Positions 36,203-51,159 are shown, counted from the stretch's first letter. The stretch: DNA of 64,000 nucleotides from Sphagnum compactum (GCA_965153455.1 OZ234493.1:13754213-13818212); one strand, 5' to 3'. A program made the numbers and translations. Notes: generated from the sequence alone by a model not told the origin.

Positions 36203-38047
36203 TCAAGAAGTTTGAATGTAGTACCTAGTCTTGGGGAACAGACAGTTGGAGTTCTGAATTGCTGAGTTTGCAAGAGCATGAGCCTCAGCATTGCATCTCT
36301 TGGGGATGAAGACAATGTGACACGTTGTAAGTTGGTCAAGAAGTTCCTGCACTACACACCTGAGGTCTGCAACACTCCAATGACATGCTGTCCACTTTCC
36401 TGTTATCTGCATGAGAAACATGATGCTGGATTCTGACAACGTAATATGAGAGAAAATTTTGGTTGACCATGTTTTTGTGCATCTTAAAAGGATCTTAAAA
36501 CCATGTTTGATATATGTCATCATGGTAAATATCCCATTGGATTCTTCGAATTGAGTTGATTTCTTAAAGATCCAAGATCTATCCTCACCAGTTCAGAGAC
36601 CTAGCATTTAGAAAGATAGGAAAAAAGTCTCAGTTTGGTGCAAAAATAAGTGGGCTGTGAAATTGGTCATGGTGATTCACAACGGGATGCAGAAGTATGG
36701 TCTCTAACAACAACCCTCATCTGGAGAAGCAGCATAGAAGTTCAGGTTGCTGTGTATTCATAAGTGCCAACCTGGTTGAAGACAGTGAGGGAATCGCACA
36801 TGATGGTAAGGTGCTTCATTCCTCTCTTGAGTGCAATGTCCAGTCCCATAAGCAGGGCTGTATACTCTGCCACATGCACCGAGCAATGCTTTCCCAAATA
36901 CTCGCTCACTGTTGCCACTTCCAGCTCCTATTCAAGAATTCCAAATTTTTTTTTGCCGATGTTTTCTTCATTATTCCACTTGAAACCAAACCAAATCTCC
37001 GAGAGTCCTTGTCTTTCCAATGTACTACTAGTAGTAGTACTACCTCAAGTACAGCCAAAACTAGCAAAATTGTTGAGCTATCAATCACACAATTTGGTAG
37101 AAACAAAATATTTACAACACCCACTCCAGAGTCCAAATGGAGTTATTTCAATCACACATCAGGTTTTGAACAGCATACAAGGGTGGCCACTTTGATCAAT
37201 TTTTGTGCTGTGTGTACACACACTCTTATTATTGATTTACCTTCAAAGGTGTGATGAGGAGTGCGCCACTGCCTGCAGGCCCCAGAATTTGACCAGCAAC
37301 AGGTTTAGCAGTGGCTCCACTGAAATACAGCCAGTACGGAAACCTTCGTGAGCCTGTCAAGCACGTCAACAATTGTCTCTCAGAACCCTACTTCGCAAAA
37401 CAAATTGGCATATATGTTGTTAACTCACACGAGCAGTGGCAATTGAATCTATGGGTTGAGCAATGCACTTGCATGAATCTCAAGGTAAACTTCACACAAA
37501 ATGTGGGGTGTCAATGGTCTTTTCATGACTTTTATATCTAAGTTAAACATGATGGAATTCTGCTGCCCCACTAATCACTTTCTCTAAAACAGAACATACC
37601 CAACATCCCATGTGACTGTTTTTTTGTTTGAGAGTTTTTTTTCGGGTTGATAATTAGGTCTCCAATAATGAACTTGCCACAAATTGCTCAAATCTCACCT
37701 GACCATGGAGTGGGATCCCCAACAAACCTTTCTTGGAAAAGACTACGAAAGTCCTTCCAGGTGCCATGCTCTGAGAACTTCAAATTGTGAGCCCATTCAT
37801 ATGCTTTGTCAAACAGAGCGAGGAGTACTATTTGAAGCTTTTGCCTGCCATCAAGGAGTTCCTGAATTGTCCATCCTTCATAGTTGTAGATCCAGTGCTT
37901 TGCAAATTGCTCCGATTCTGTACCATAGAAAGGGGAGATCTCAATGCTCCCTTTCGTAGCTTGTGGGTATTCATATCCATATGTTGCTCTTACACTAAAC
38001 CTCACACTCAGGCTCAACGAATACCTTCTTGCTGCTGCTGGTCCCAT
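36203..38047 (-). CDS. Spliced gene encoding a Gag-capsid-like domain fused to an RNase H1-like domain (273 aa as modelled)
   Basis: Exons 38047-37699, 37353-37241, 36927-36772, 36406-36203 (822 nt, in frame, GT/AG). RNase H motifs WLYFSGA..GPAGSGALL, AEYTALLMGL, IMCDSLTVFNQITGKW, IPKRCNAEAHALAN. Gag-like LALFDKAYEW..TWKDFRSLFQERF. Confidence 0.7.
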
Positions 38048-39148
38048 GTATCTTCAGATCCTCTTTCACAATATCATAATGAACCACCTCAAATCAAACT
38101 TATTTTCTCGCCCAGTTGCACTATTAAAAGCTTGGGAAAACCTTCACAATCTTCACAATTTTGAGACAAAAAAATGCTTCACAAAATCTCTCATAAAAAT
38201 TTGTCAAGAATCTCCCAGGTACTAAAATCGGAACTCTGATCCCAAGTACCTTCTGAGAGTAAATTAATAGCCCATATTTTATTGAGACCAAAAACACTAC
38301 TTTTGGGCTCTCCTTCCTACTTTCCAATCTCTGATCTCCAAGCCATAGCCATACCTTTTAACATCAGGTGAGCTTCAAAGGCTACTCTTGCTTGTAAGCT
38401 TTGTGATTTTTTTTCCTTCTGGTGTATGCTTGTTGGGATAATACAAAAGTAGCATGTCCAGAAGCTGTGCTTCCACAATTATAGGATGCCCCTGGACACA
38501 CACCTCAACAAAAATCCCGGGTTTCTTTTGTGCCACAGATCATCATCATGGTTTTGGGCATCACCATGCATGCTTTGGGTGGACAGCACCATGCTTTGGA
38601 GATAGAGAGCACCATGAGATTTCAAATCTTTCTGACACTACAATTCGGCATTATTGAAAGATAACAGTGTGTATATACATTTGAGGATAATCCTCTACAC
38701 TACTTGCCTGAAATCACCACCTCCATTCCGCAAGAACTGTTCTTGTCAGGAGGAAAGAATGAGGAGGCAGGGGGGAGGGAGGAGTGAGAGTGGAAAAGCT
38801 TTGTTGATGAAGAGGAGGAGGGCCATTGTTGTCCAGTGGCCTAAAACCGTTATGACCTTCCACCAACTATAAACTGTCGAACTCGGGCAGGGTTCAACTT
38901 TTGATTCTATCTGCCCAATGTTGAGCTTCAGCCCCTATTACTATAGTAATGAGAACCACATTCAGATGAAGAAAACCCTGTATAATAAATTAAAAAAAGG
39001 GAGCAACAAAAACCCATCCATAAGAAGTACAGGGCAAATAGAAGCACAAGAACACATGTCATGAAAGAACATAACAAACAGGACACCACTAACACACTAA
39101 TAAAATAGAAGACTGGAAACTAAAAAAGCTCGTCTGTCATAGATCACA

Positions 39149-39437
39149 TGTCATAAATTGGCCAACGACGAAGGTGCACTGGCTGCGATTAGTGGAAGAG
39201 ATGAGGAATGCCTCTCTTGTCTGTCATAAATCAGCTAGCGACGAAGGCATACTAGTTGTGATGTGTGGAAGAGATGAGGAATGCTTCTCACATGTGTCAT
39301 AAATCGGCTAGCAACAAAGGTGCACTGGCTGTGACATGTGAAAAAGATGAGGAATGCTTCTTTTGTTTGCCATAAATCGGCTGGCAACGAAGGTGCACTG
39401 GTTGCGACGTGTGGAAGAGATGAGGAATGCCTCTCAA
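39149..39437. repeat. Tandem repeat, 4 x 73 bp
   Basis: Units start tg(t/c)cataaat at 39149, 39222, 39295, 39368 and share aaggtgcactgg-like and agatgaggaatgc blocks. Confidence 0.9.
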
Positions 39438-40914
39438 GCATGACAACACACTGAAAAATCGCAATGGCCTACACACATTGGAGGGTTATAGACACACGTT
39501 GCCAATAAGAAGAAATAAACATTGTGAGAACTAAAGATATTCGGGTACCATTAGTGTTGGTTGGTCCAGGATATTGGGCCAATTCCATCTACTAACCCCA
39601 TTTAGGTACATACCAGTGTTGTGCAGTTCTTAGGTTGTAGGAGGAACCTCCAGTTTTGGTTCCAAAAAAAGTTATGGGGCTGATTCTGGTTACGATTGGA
39701 TTAGGTTCTTTTTCTTCATAAAATTGGAACTTGGTTCTGGATCTGGTTTATTTTAATGTAAGGGTCACTTCCCACTCGGTTCCTCTAACCTCCCCTAACC
39801 CCGATTCGAGTTCCTTCTCAGAGTGTTCCCATCTTGGACCTGGGTCCAGTTTAGGTTCCAGATAACCAGAACTGAAACCGACAACAAGTACCTGAATGGA
39901 AGCTGCTCTACCAAAACCAGCTGCAAATGAATCATCCTCTCTAGTTCATCCATCCTATCTAGAGTTCCCTAGCTCGGGTCCCTAATAGGCAGGTACTGTT
40001 AGTAGGCTAGTATTGCCTTCAGTCAGAACTGTCTGGTAGGTTCTTTGATACCAAGACAAATTCCAATCAATATACGTATACTAGGATTCCAGCCTGATAC
40101 CCACCCAACACTAATATATACCACACAGGCCCGCCCGAGATAAAAGATTTGTGTAGTACTAAAGTTGAAACATTGGTTGTAATTGTGTTGTTGGTCTGGT
40201 GTGAAACCCTTGTGATCCAAACAAAAACCCTCCTGGCCCAGGCTAGAAAAACTAACCCCACCCTTGTGATTCCCAAACTTCATCTAGTGGCATCAGTTGC
40301 AACTCCAGTCACTTCACTAACTACAATCTTATTGCAGTCCTAATCCAGACTTTTCCACATTGGTGGGACAAATTAGAAAAGCATAAGCAAAGCACAAGCA
40401 CAACTACTGCTGTAAATCTGTGTTACTAATCCATTTGCATCTCTAATCGGTTCACTACCTCCAATCCTAATGCAGTCCTAATCCCAGTTTTTTCCCAAAT
40501 CAGTGGACAAATTAGTGACCAAACCAAGCACAAGTCCTTCGTACCTGTGTCATGCTTCTATTGTGAGGTTCAAAAGCTGCACAAAAACTTCCCAACGCTG
40601 TTATCTGTCAGATCAACAAAGTAATCACTGAAGGTGAGTCATTCATAATATCAAGCACAACAACATGTTGAAATATTTTTCATAGAGAGTATTATTATAC
40701 AGGTGGCAAAATGTTTATCCCATATGACATACAAATTGAGCTGCCATGATTATTGCACTAGTGCCTTCGTATGTGTCCAGTCTTTGATCGACTTAGCTAT
40801 CCCCCTCTTAAACCTACTTAAAATCAAACTGTACATGAATGGAAATTGTGTTGGCAATTGTGGATACAAAAATCCCAAACAAATGCATCTTACACATTGG
40901 GAGGTCTCACTCAC

Positions 40915-41870
40915 TCAATCAACCCAGTTTGTATTAGTCACCATGGCAAAGAAAGAGTATGCATCACTGATTTCATCAATCTGCAACCAACACACACTTG
41001 GTCTCTTCAGCACAGTTTACAAAAGAAGAAGAGATATTTACCACCCTATTACTATTGGCAGAACTATATGCACACAGCTGCATCCTCAAACAGAGAGAGA
41101 CCTTGTGCAAGCAACCAATGTTGAGACTGATCATCCCTCTCAAAACAAGAAGCCCAATAGAAGATACTCACGACTTTCTGAGTTGGGCGACCAGCTCCCT
41201 GGCCAGCCTTAGTATCAATTCGTGCATTCAATGGGTTTGTCTGAGGACTACTCTCCAAACTAGTGCAAAGCTCATACTGCAATGTCTGCTCCCCATCAAC
41301 CCACCAGGCCTAATTCTTTTAGTTACCTTCCATGATCATTGCCATACAAGTGCTGACAACAACTGTGAAATTTGAACCTGCCATAGCACCTGAACTATTT
41401 TACTGCCATCATTCTGTTCAAGCAATGAAATCATTGGTAACTGAGATATACTTACTGCAAGAAGTTTCAATGAATGAAGGGGACCACTCGATCATCATGG
41501 TCAGCAGTTAACAACATGGTGGGCGGATACTGTACTCCTGGCATCTGCTCCCATGGCCGCCTCACATTATGCAATGGTGAATATCTGCACAAAGCATTCA
41601 ACAGTTGAATGAATAGTGAAACAGTTTTGAACTCAGGTAATTGCCATGCACATGATGTGAATCCAAATGTATGCAAGGAAGTCTTGTTGAAGCAATGGAG
41701 AAGTGAACTGCATAAATTGGTGGTGACAATCAGGGACATAATAATGCTTATGACAATTGTGCTGGATGGTAACAAAGATATGTTGCAAAAAAGTGGAAGT
41801 GCTCACTTGATTAGCAATCTAAATTCCTCTTCGTTATCAGCACACCCATAATCTGAGGACCATGCATGCC
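40915..41870 (-). pseudogene. Prolyl oligopeptidase (peptidase S9A) 3' fragment, last four exons with introns
   Basis: [46 protein letters not shown], then a 1-bp deletion before HSLKLLA; LQYELC..RIDTKAGQGAGRPTQK (catalytic H to Q); IDEISDAYSFFA..WVD stop. No upstream exons seen. Confidence 0.88.
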
Positions 41871-43371
41871 CTGCATGCATTAGAAAATGCCCACACCATC
41901 AGAAACCATGATTCAACTATGGAACTGTATCCTGAAGCTTGGAGGAAATCTGAAGTTTTGGGTAGAATCCATTCAGTCAAATATTCAGAGTGACTTTCAG
42001 AGACAGTATATTCCAATGAAACACAATATCATGTGTCAACATTCGGTTTGTCCCAATGAAACACAATATTTTGGAAGTCCCCTTATTTTGTGTTTGAGAT
42101 TCCAAAACAGTTGAATAGCAGCCTCAACAAAACAAAATTATTATGTTATTTTTAGACATGTTAAAAATTTCAAAAAATATATTTCTTTCAAAGAAAGGGG
42201 GAAAAAAATATTGTGAAGGAAAAAAATGGACCCATCTTTCAGAATATTTGGGAATATTATATAGTTGAAAATGGAATTTTCAGAGTCAAATAATTATTTC
42301 CCAGAGACCCAACCCGATGAACCTGCTGTTCAACTAGGGTATTGGAAAGTGTGATTGAATGCTAATTGTCTTCCTTCATGTTGTGTTGGAGTGTTCATTT
42401 TGGGTTTGAATTCATGCATTGACTTAGTTTTGATTTGGATTTGTGTGCATGGCTGTCAGAAGAACTCCATGCTTTCCATATTGAGTACAAACATTGACCA
42501 ATTTAATGATATACTCCATTTGCAATAGATAGGTGGTTGTTGAGGAAATCCAGAAGTGAAGCCTCAAATGAGGATTGTGTGAAATCTGATGATGTGCACA
42601 TGGTGGAGGGACACACAGAGTACAACCAACTCATGAGTTTGTCAGGTACAACCCAAATGCATGACTCTCTAGAGAGAGGGTGGGCACTGATGATGGCCTG
42701 TGTTTAACCAGTGTGGACTATTGCACAAATGTCTGGGCACTGGAGCTGCAGTCATTGGGCAAGTCGTCCTATGTGCAAGGTCAGTGCAGGAGTTTAAAAG
42801 TCAAGTGTCTGTTCATGACACATGCTGTATAGAGTGGGTTGATAGCAAAACTTATGGATTGTCCCTCTTAACAGTAATGAATTCTGCAGCAGGAGACCTA
42901 CCACACATAGTACAGTTGCTGGCTTACAACAACTTGAGCTCTCTGGTTGTGACGCCTAAGAAGACACCCCTCACACCATGGCAGATGACACTGCTGGAAG
43001 TCTTCTGTCTGAAACCAGTGCACTACTATTAAACTTGAAATTCATTTGCACCAGGAGTACAAAGAGCCAAATCCTTCAACAAAACAAAACAGTCAAGAAC
43101 CACCAATCCTGATGCAAAATACTTCACTAATCCGGAACAGCAAATGGAAACTACAGTGGTTCTACACTGTAACACAGCACCATTTGCAAAACAGATACAT
43201 CACCACAGAAGAATTACATGATACAGAACCGAAAGCCAATTCCCTATTTGCACCAGAATTTTACTCAGAATCTGCCTTGATAAACATCAGCTTCCTGGAC
43301 AGAAATTTGTGAATGCATGCACTAGGCATGCATCAGACAAGCTCAAAGCCTAGTATCAAAACCTAGTGCTA

Positions 43372-44254
<883 letters not shown>

Positions 44255-44401
44255 GGTTGCTGGAGGCGAAAATACGCGACAAAAGTGGTCGAGATTCGGG
44301 CAAAGCGAGGTCGCGCGCGAGGGAGACGCTAGAGTGCGCGAGAAAGAGAGCAAGCGTAGCCGCGAGAGAGAGCCTTTGTTGCGAGCTTGCTGATCGCCGA
44401 T

Positions 44402-44409
44402 TAGGGTTT
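44402..44409 (-). promoter_or_regulatory. Telo-box (AAACCCTA) upstream of RPS30
   Basis: tagggttt on +, about 150 bp upstream of the ATG; typical of plant ribosomal protein promoters. Confidence 0.7.
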
Positions 44410-45379
44410 CATCCACATCTTTCATCCAATGTTTGGGTACCTAGGAGTGGTGGGCGGTTCCTCGACATTTGCCTTCCTTTCTAATTTTCTTGAATTTCAA
44501 ATAGATAATTTTTAGAAAATTTGATTTTTTAAAAAATTTAATTATTGCCAAACATAAAGAGATATTTACAATAGACAAGATGGTGAGGATTGTGAGGTAG
44601 CTCTATTCTTTTAATGAGCATGATATTTTGCGCAAAAAAAATTTCTTTTTAAAACAAAATGTGATACATTATTGCGGTTAAATGAAAAAAAAAAATTGGT
44701 TTTTTTAATCATGATGTCATCAAATATTACTTCTTTCTTTTGTTTAAAGTAGTATGTAAAAATATTTTATATTATGTTTCACAAATAAATTTTAAAATTT
44801 ATGTATGGATGTCATTTTTCATGTAGGAATATATTCATTTAGTTAATGTGAAGATAAATGTGTATATTAACTACAAAATTATTTTTTTTCAACATTACGA
44901 GTATTAGTTATTGGTATATTCATAGAAATATCATCATCATAATTACAACATATAGTGACAATAATAATTGGTGATGAATGAAAAACATTTGTTGAATTTA
45001 CACAATCACATCAACAATGCAATTATTTGACCTATGAGAGAGGCATTTTGACTTATTTTATTTTATTTTAATCTTTTTTTAGATAATTTTCTTTAGGGCA
45101 TATATTTGATTTTTTTTCTTTTTAAACTTGTGTTGGTTGTTATGGGGGAAACTATCAATTATAAGCTTTCGTTTCAACAAAATTGCAAATAGGTGTTCAT
45201 AAGAACCCCTATTAAGTTTGAACAAAAATTCAATTCCATCTAATTTTACACACCTCATTATTATGTTTTCATGGTTCATTTTCTTTGAGAATCCTAATTA
45301 TAATGATAGTAATACATTGTCGAAGCTCTTCATTGTTTGTTTGATTTCTAATCACAATGTTAGATGTTTTTCTTTTGAT

Positions 45380-45700
45380 TGTCGGTTGGTCTTTCTATCA
45401 ATATATTTATGTTCACATGTTCCAAGTGTGGACAAATGGTTCAAAATGCATGCCAAGTTGGTAGAGATATGCCTAGGTTTCTCAAAGGATAATGAGGCAC
45501 ATTGAAAAAAATGGAGCTCTATATACAATGACTACATACTACATAGAAAACAAGGTAATAAATTTCAAATTAAATAACTTTCGATAGATTAGAAAAATGT
45601 CATCAATTGGTATATGGCCTTGTTGATGATTTCATGTATGAATGTACCAATATTGTTTCCCATGCCCATGCAAATGCATTTGATTTTGAAGTGATAAGCA
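45380..45700 (+). pseudogene. Myb/SANT-like ORF remnant, probably the Harbinger second ORF
   Basis: DKWFKMHAKLVEICLGFSKDNEAH*KKWSSIYNDY has trihelix-like Trp spacing; convergent with the Harbinger transposase remnant. Confidence 0.45.
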
Positions 45701-47059
45701 AACTCTCACATCATTAAATATTACCATTAAACTTGAAGGTAGAAGTCTTAAAAGTTTGAACAATAACAAATCCTTAGAAAAAATGTTTAAGTGAAATTAA
45801 AAAGCATGTCAAAAGTATGATGCAAACTTTGAAAGTTAATGATGATTTCAAAATGTTTAAATGTTTTCTAAATGTTTAGAAAAAGGTATGCCAATGGTGC
45901 ACATCTCTTCCTAAATTGAAGATTATAGACCCATTTAAATTTTTGATGGCAACCAACTCATTAACTACATGAAATCTCCATGTAAAATCACTTTGACATG
46001 AAACATATGAACCCATCTTCTTGAACCTTAAACATAGCAAACTTTTGAATAAAAAGAATATGACGTTGACCTTGAGTGCTACACATGTTGAACTAAAGTT
46101 TTCACTTGTTTAGTTGTTTGTAATTTGATTATACAAAGTAACAAATACTAGATTGGATGCAAGGGATTAGGGTGCATGCACTCTAAAGTGGCTCATTTTC
46201 AGTGAATGCTCCATTTCTTAAAAGTCCATATGATAATGTTAAAATGGTAGTTTATTTAGATATCATTAATTTAGTGAGGAATTACATGGTGATTAATGAA
46301 CTAAAAAACCCATATGAAAATAAGTCATTCTAATTTATTTTTTAATGTACATGTTAAAAAAATAAAACTAGAAATCCACCAAAAAATGATTATGATAGGA
46401 CTTATGAAAATATGGCTCATTTTAGGCCATTCAAAAGTCCATAACTTTTTTTTGGTTAATTTTTTTCTAGCAATTTTTTTGCAAATATGTTCTGTTTGTT
46501 TTAACATATCATATATTGAGTCCCTATAATATATCCCAAATAAAATTCATACACAAAAATGCATGTGTATAAACAAGAAATCACTCCATATTTTTCAACT
46601 TCAAAAGTCCATTACTATATATTTAGTGTATATATGTTATAATTTTTAAAAATAATTTCTTCTTTTCCAAGTTGAAAATCTAAATCTAGCCACAAATTTG
46701 AAAAATGATTATTTTTATGTCATGTTAATAGCATGTAAATGCACGCCATTTTGCAAAAAATTGGATTGCGACACAAAAAGTGAACCACCTTATTTTGCAA
46801 CCACCCACTATAATAGAAATTGGATTTTAATATGTGACTTGTATATTAAAATTGTTGAAATTTAGACCTTGCCTTAAGTTCCATTTTTTCCTATTTGAAA
46901 ATCATGTAAGAAAAAATGAACTTGAGTTTTATTTAAAAAGATATGTTGGTGCATTGTGACAATTTGAAATTTTTTTTTGTTTGTTGTTTCATGGTTTCTA
47001 TGGCTTCATAACATGTTAGTAACAACAACCATCCTTTCTTGTCATAAGAATTGTAGAAC

Positions 47060-47950
47060 ACTTAGAAATCTATAATAATTTCATTCGACCAATCATTTGA
47101 TAATTTGTTACCAAAAACTATGTAAATGTTATGTAACCCTAAACATGTGGCAACTATATAATGTGCATTTGCCAATTTCACATCAAATCTTTTTAACAAA
47201 TTTCTCCATCTCCCTTTGAATAAGGTAAATATGCACATTTGACATCCATTTGTGTGGAAATTTAAACACAATTTCAATAATACCCATCTTTATGTCCCTT
47301 GAATGGTGAAAACATCCATGAACAACAAGGGTATGGCACAACTTTGACTAAAACATTTAAGGTGCAAGTCTTCCAACTTGAAAAAATAAAGCTATTGTAA
47401 TGCATGCCCACAAGTTGAATCATGCATTGAGCCAACGCATCTTATGTCAAATCACAAAAAATACATTTGCTTGTGATAATACCTTGCAAAAGGATTTCCT
47501 ATTGTGATAGTATATAGCATGGAATTTTGGTGCAATAATTGGGTTGTGGGATCCATGTATTGCATTAACAACATATGATATGCTGTGAATTGATTCAAAC
47601 TCATCTACATATCTTTTCATCATGGTGCTTGAAGGTCATTTTATGTATTTTTGTAACTTGATCTCTTTCATGGTAGAGATGAACTTACATACTATTTATT
47701 ATTTGGTTGGCACTCCAATTCCATACAAATCCCCTATCATTTGCATACATTGCCTAATTACAAATGTGAATATGGTTATTACAATCCTAATTTCAATAGG
47801 AATTGCATTATACATGTTGGAATTTTGTGAGGTGTCAAATTCCCCACCAAGTACAACATGATGAAGACTTTGAAAAAGTGTAGTGAACTTCACTAAAACC
47901 TGCAAACAAAAAATGAAGTTGAAGCATGGAATTAATTTGAAGAACAAGGT
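47060..47950 (-). mobile_element. PIF/Harbinger (DDE_Tnp_4-type) transposase remnant
   Basis: IGDLYGIG, GSMHDS and FKGRWRNLLKRF..IVATCLGLHNI motifs, heavily decayed. Confidence 0.75.
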
Positions 47951-48850
47951 TTGTAGAATAAATTTATTTCTGCTAATTGTATTCATGATTCATAATTCTC
48001 TATTGAAGAAGAAGGACTCTACACCTTCAAATTTCCCGTATGATTGCTCTTTTAATGCACCAAACCAAACTACATGAAGAAGACCAAAAAAAGGATTAAA
48101 ACACAAAGCAAGTAGTCCAAAAAAGCTAGCTCCATTTTCTCTTGGTGAGAGAGGACTAAGGCAATTCACATTGAAAGGTAGGTGTTGTTTTCTCACTAAG
48201 TGATTGTCCACTTCAGTGAATTTGTGATTTTTCCTGCACTTAGTGTTGTAAAGGGTGTTCATTTTTAGTGTTGCTTTCTAGTGTGTGTGAGCTTTAATTC
48301 TTGTGCTGATGATGGGTAGGTAAGTAAGTAGGTAGATATTTCTTAAAGACAAATTTGTGGTGATAGTTTGTAATTTTTAATTTTGGAGAAAAAAATCACA
48401 ACTACCCTTTTGAGATAAATTTGTGCAAAAAAAAGACATTGATTTGCATCATTTTGATATCTTTAAGCTGCAGTGTTGATTCCAGCAGTGTGGTGGGGTT
48501 TAGGGTTTAGGGGTTTTGTAAGCTGCAATTCTGTTAGCCCATCATGCATGCAGCCACTGCAAGTGCCTGAAAGGTAAAGATTTGAAAATGATCCATATGT
48601 CAAGTATGGTTTCAAATTACCCATTACAAAATAGGGTGATTTGAGACCTATTACAAAATTTAGGTTGAGAGTAAAAACCATAATTTTTGAGATCTCACAA
48701 ATAGAGGTAGGTACCCACACTCATGGAGGGGGGTATTAAGTGTAGGCAAAAATGGAGGATGATGGCACAATTGCACCTGAAGGAAAAACACAAGTGTTGG
48801 GTGGTACCTAATTTGGCAGGTAAGAACCATTGGTTCTAGTTAGTAATTAT

Positions 48851-49060
48851 GGTGCATTCACACTTGATGTTAAGTCAGTGTTAAATGAAAATCTAGGTGG
48901 CATCCTAGATGGCACCCAATGTTAAATTGGCCACGGCTTAGGGTGAATGTTAGCTTAACATAAAATTTTCATGGTAACTAGGTTTAAGTCCTAAATGGGT
49001 AGCATGGTGTTAATTAGGTGACTCAACATTAGAATCCCTAACACCAAGTGTGAATGCACC
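48851..49060. mobile_element. 210-bp MITE
   Basis: Terminal inverted repeats ggtgcattcacacttgatgtta / taacaccaagtgtgaatgcacc; TA-containing flanks. Confidence 0.8.
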
Positions 49061-49232
49061 TTAAGAACCAGAGCCTAACAAGGATTGATTTTCAAAACCA
49101 TTGGATTTTTAAAATTAAAAATTGAACCCCAAACCAGATTCTTAGTTCCATTTTGTGAATGGAACCACAATTAACACAATTCATCGTTTTTAGCCCTATG
49201 TGTATTCAAGGGTTATAGTACTAGTTTACTAA

Positions 49233-50447
49233 AGCATCATTCACACTTGGTGTTAAGTTGATGATATTGAGTCAATGTTAGATTTTCTTGATTTTTTGGG
49301 TCCATTCGTGTATGGAATGTTAGCAAAGTATTGGCAATGATGGGGATTCCTCGTTGGAAGGTGGTGCTAACTTGTTATTAGTGGTGTGTGGTAGCTAACA
49401 TTCAATCTTAAGTTTAAATGTCTAAATTTTAGACCTTTCATGCAATGTTATAAAAGAGGGGGAAAAGGACCAATTAATTCAGCGTTAAGTGACATAAAGA
49501 AGATTGTGGGGGGTCTGGTATCACCATCCTTACCAATTATTATTATTATTATTTTTAAACTTGAAAAATTATTTATTTTTGTTATCTAACTTGAAAGATT
49601 GTCAAAACGTGATTAAATATCAATCACTAATTTGCGAAGTCCAAAGGTCATTGTTAAAATTGTGAAGTCCAAAGGTCAATTTTAATTATCAAAGTTGTAT
49701 GGACAATCCAATCTTTGAGGTGCAAAGGCCAAGTTTAATAGTTAAAATTTTATGGACGACCCAATCCAATTAAAAACCAATTTTAATTGTCAAAATTAAA
49801 ATCTTTCAAGTCCCTCAAGTTTCCAAAATAGAACAGTGTAACTCATATTATTTAGTTGTGAGGACCTCCCAAAGTTCTTTCTTTTCCTTTTGTGATGGGC
49901 ATCATTGATTGTCCCATGACAAAAAAAATTAAAATACTAATCTATCAAACTTTGTACAATCCCAAAATAGATATGGGATAATGTAAGGTGCTATTTGGAA
50001 CATGTTGGGGAACTCATTGGGAAATTGGAGAACATGCTGGGAATTCAACGAGAATTTGATGGGAACACATTGAGAACAACAAAATTTAAAAAAATCCAAC
50101 ATGATGGTTACTTATTTTAGTGTGACATAGAGAAGATTTGGGGTCTATTAATCCCACCATGCTTTCCCATTTGATTCATGGATTGAAATAAATAAACTTT
50201 CACTGAAAGTGAAAATAATGACAAGGAACCTTTAGGTCTAGTGTGGATGGGTTGTCATTAGCTCTAGTGTTAAAGTCATGATACATGTGGTTACACCTAA
50301 CATTGGTCTTAAGTGTGAATGTGCATACATTCTTGCTCTCATTAACTTCGATGATTATTAACACTATTTAAAAATCTAATGACTATTTTAATGTAGCCTA
50401 TTTTAATACTAATGTCTAAAATCTAAACATTAGTTGTGAATGATGCA
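49233..50447. mobile_element. About 1.2-kb non-autonomous TIR element related to the 210-bp MITE (PIF/Tourist-like)
   Basis: gcatcattcaca (49234) / tgtgaatgatgc (50435-50446), taa on both flanks; shares cattcacacttg(a/g)tgttaag with the MITE. Confidence 0.6.
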
Positions 50448-51159
50448 TAATATGAAAAGGGTGTTGAGTAGGCTTGTGTGTAAGTGTCGAGAAAACATTC
50501 AAATTTTTTTATAAATTATTTTGAGTTAATTACAAGCTAAATGTGTAATAGAGCATTGGTTCTTTGTAGTGACCATAAAGTATTATCCCAACATACTCAC
50601 TACCAATTTTAGTATAAAACTTCCAAAGACATTAATATTAATTATGTAAAATTTGACAATTGAATATGAAAAATGTGAAATTGATCAAAAGAAAATCTAA
50701 AATATAAAAGTCAACATAGTTGGAATATATGGTATTTAAGCAATATTTATGTTTGAGAAATAGCAACATAACCTTGAAAATAAAACCTAAAAAAACCTCC
50801 CAAAATACCAAAAAAGGTCAAAAGGAAATGGCTTGATATATGATTTTGTCGACATGCCCCTTATTTGTAAACATAACCTTTTTTTTTCCATGCTTCTATT
50901 CTAGATTTATATACCATATGTTAGATATTTCATTAAAGTTATAGATATGGAAACTATTAAGTTCAATTAGGGTCTACTTTGTTTTATTGAATACAACTTC
51001 ATAACATACATTGATAACTTTTGGTCCACCCTAAGGGTGCATTCATGACCCAATGAACCAAAAAAGGTATTGGATTGTAAAAAAAATCAGTCAAAATTAC
51101 AGAAATATTTTTGTTTTGCCTTTCGAAACCATGGCAACCTATTTACTGTTTACAATTTT

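Noticed and set aside
38200-38500. Further upstream exon of the Gag-RNase H gene
   Set aside because: Splice-like sites exist, but the frames I read contain stops; not supportable.
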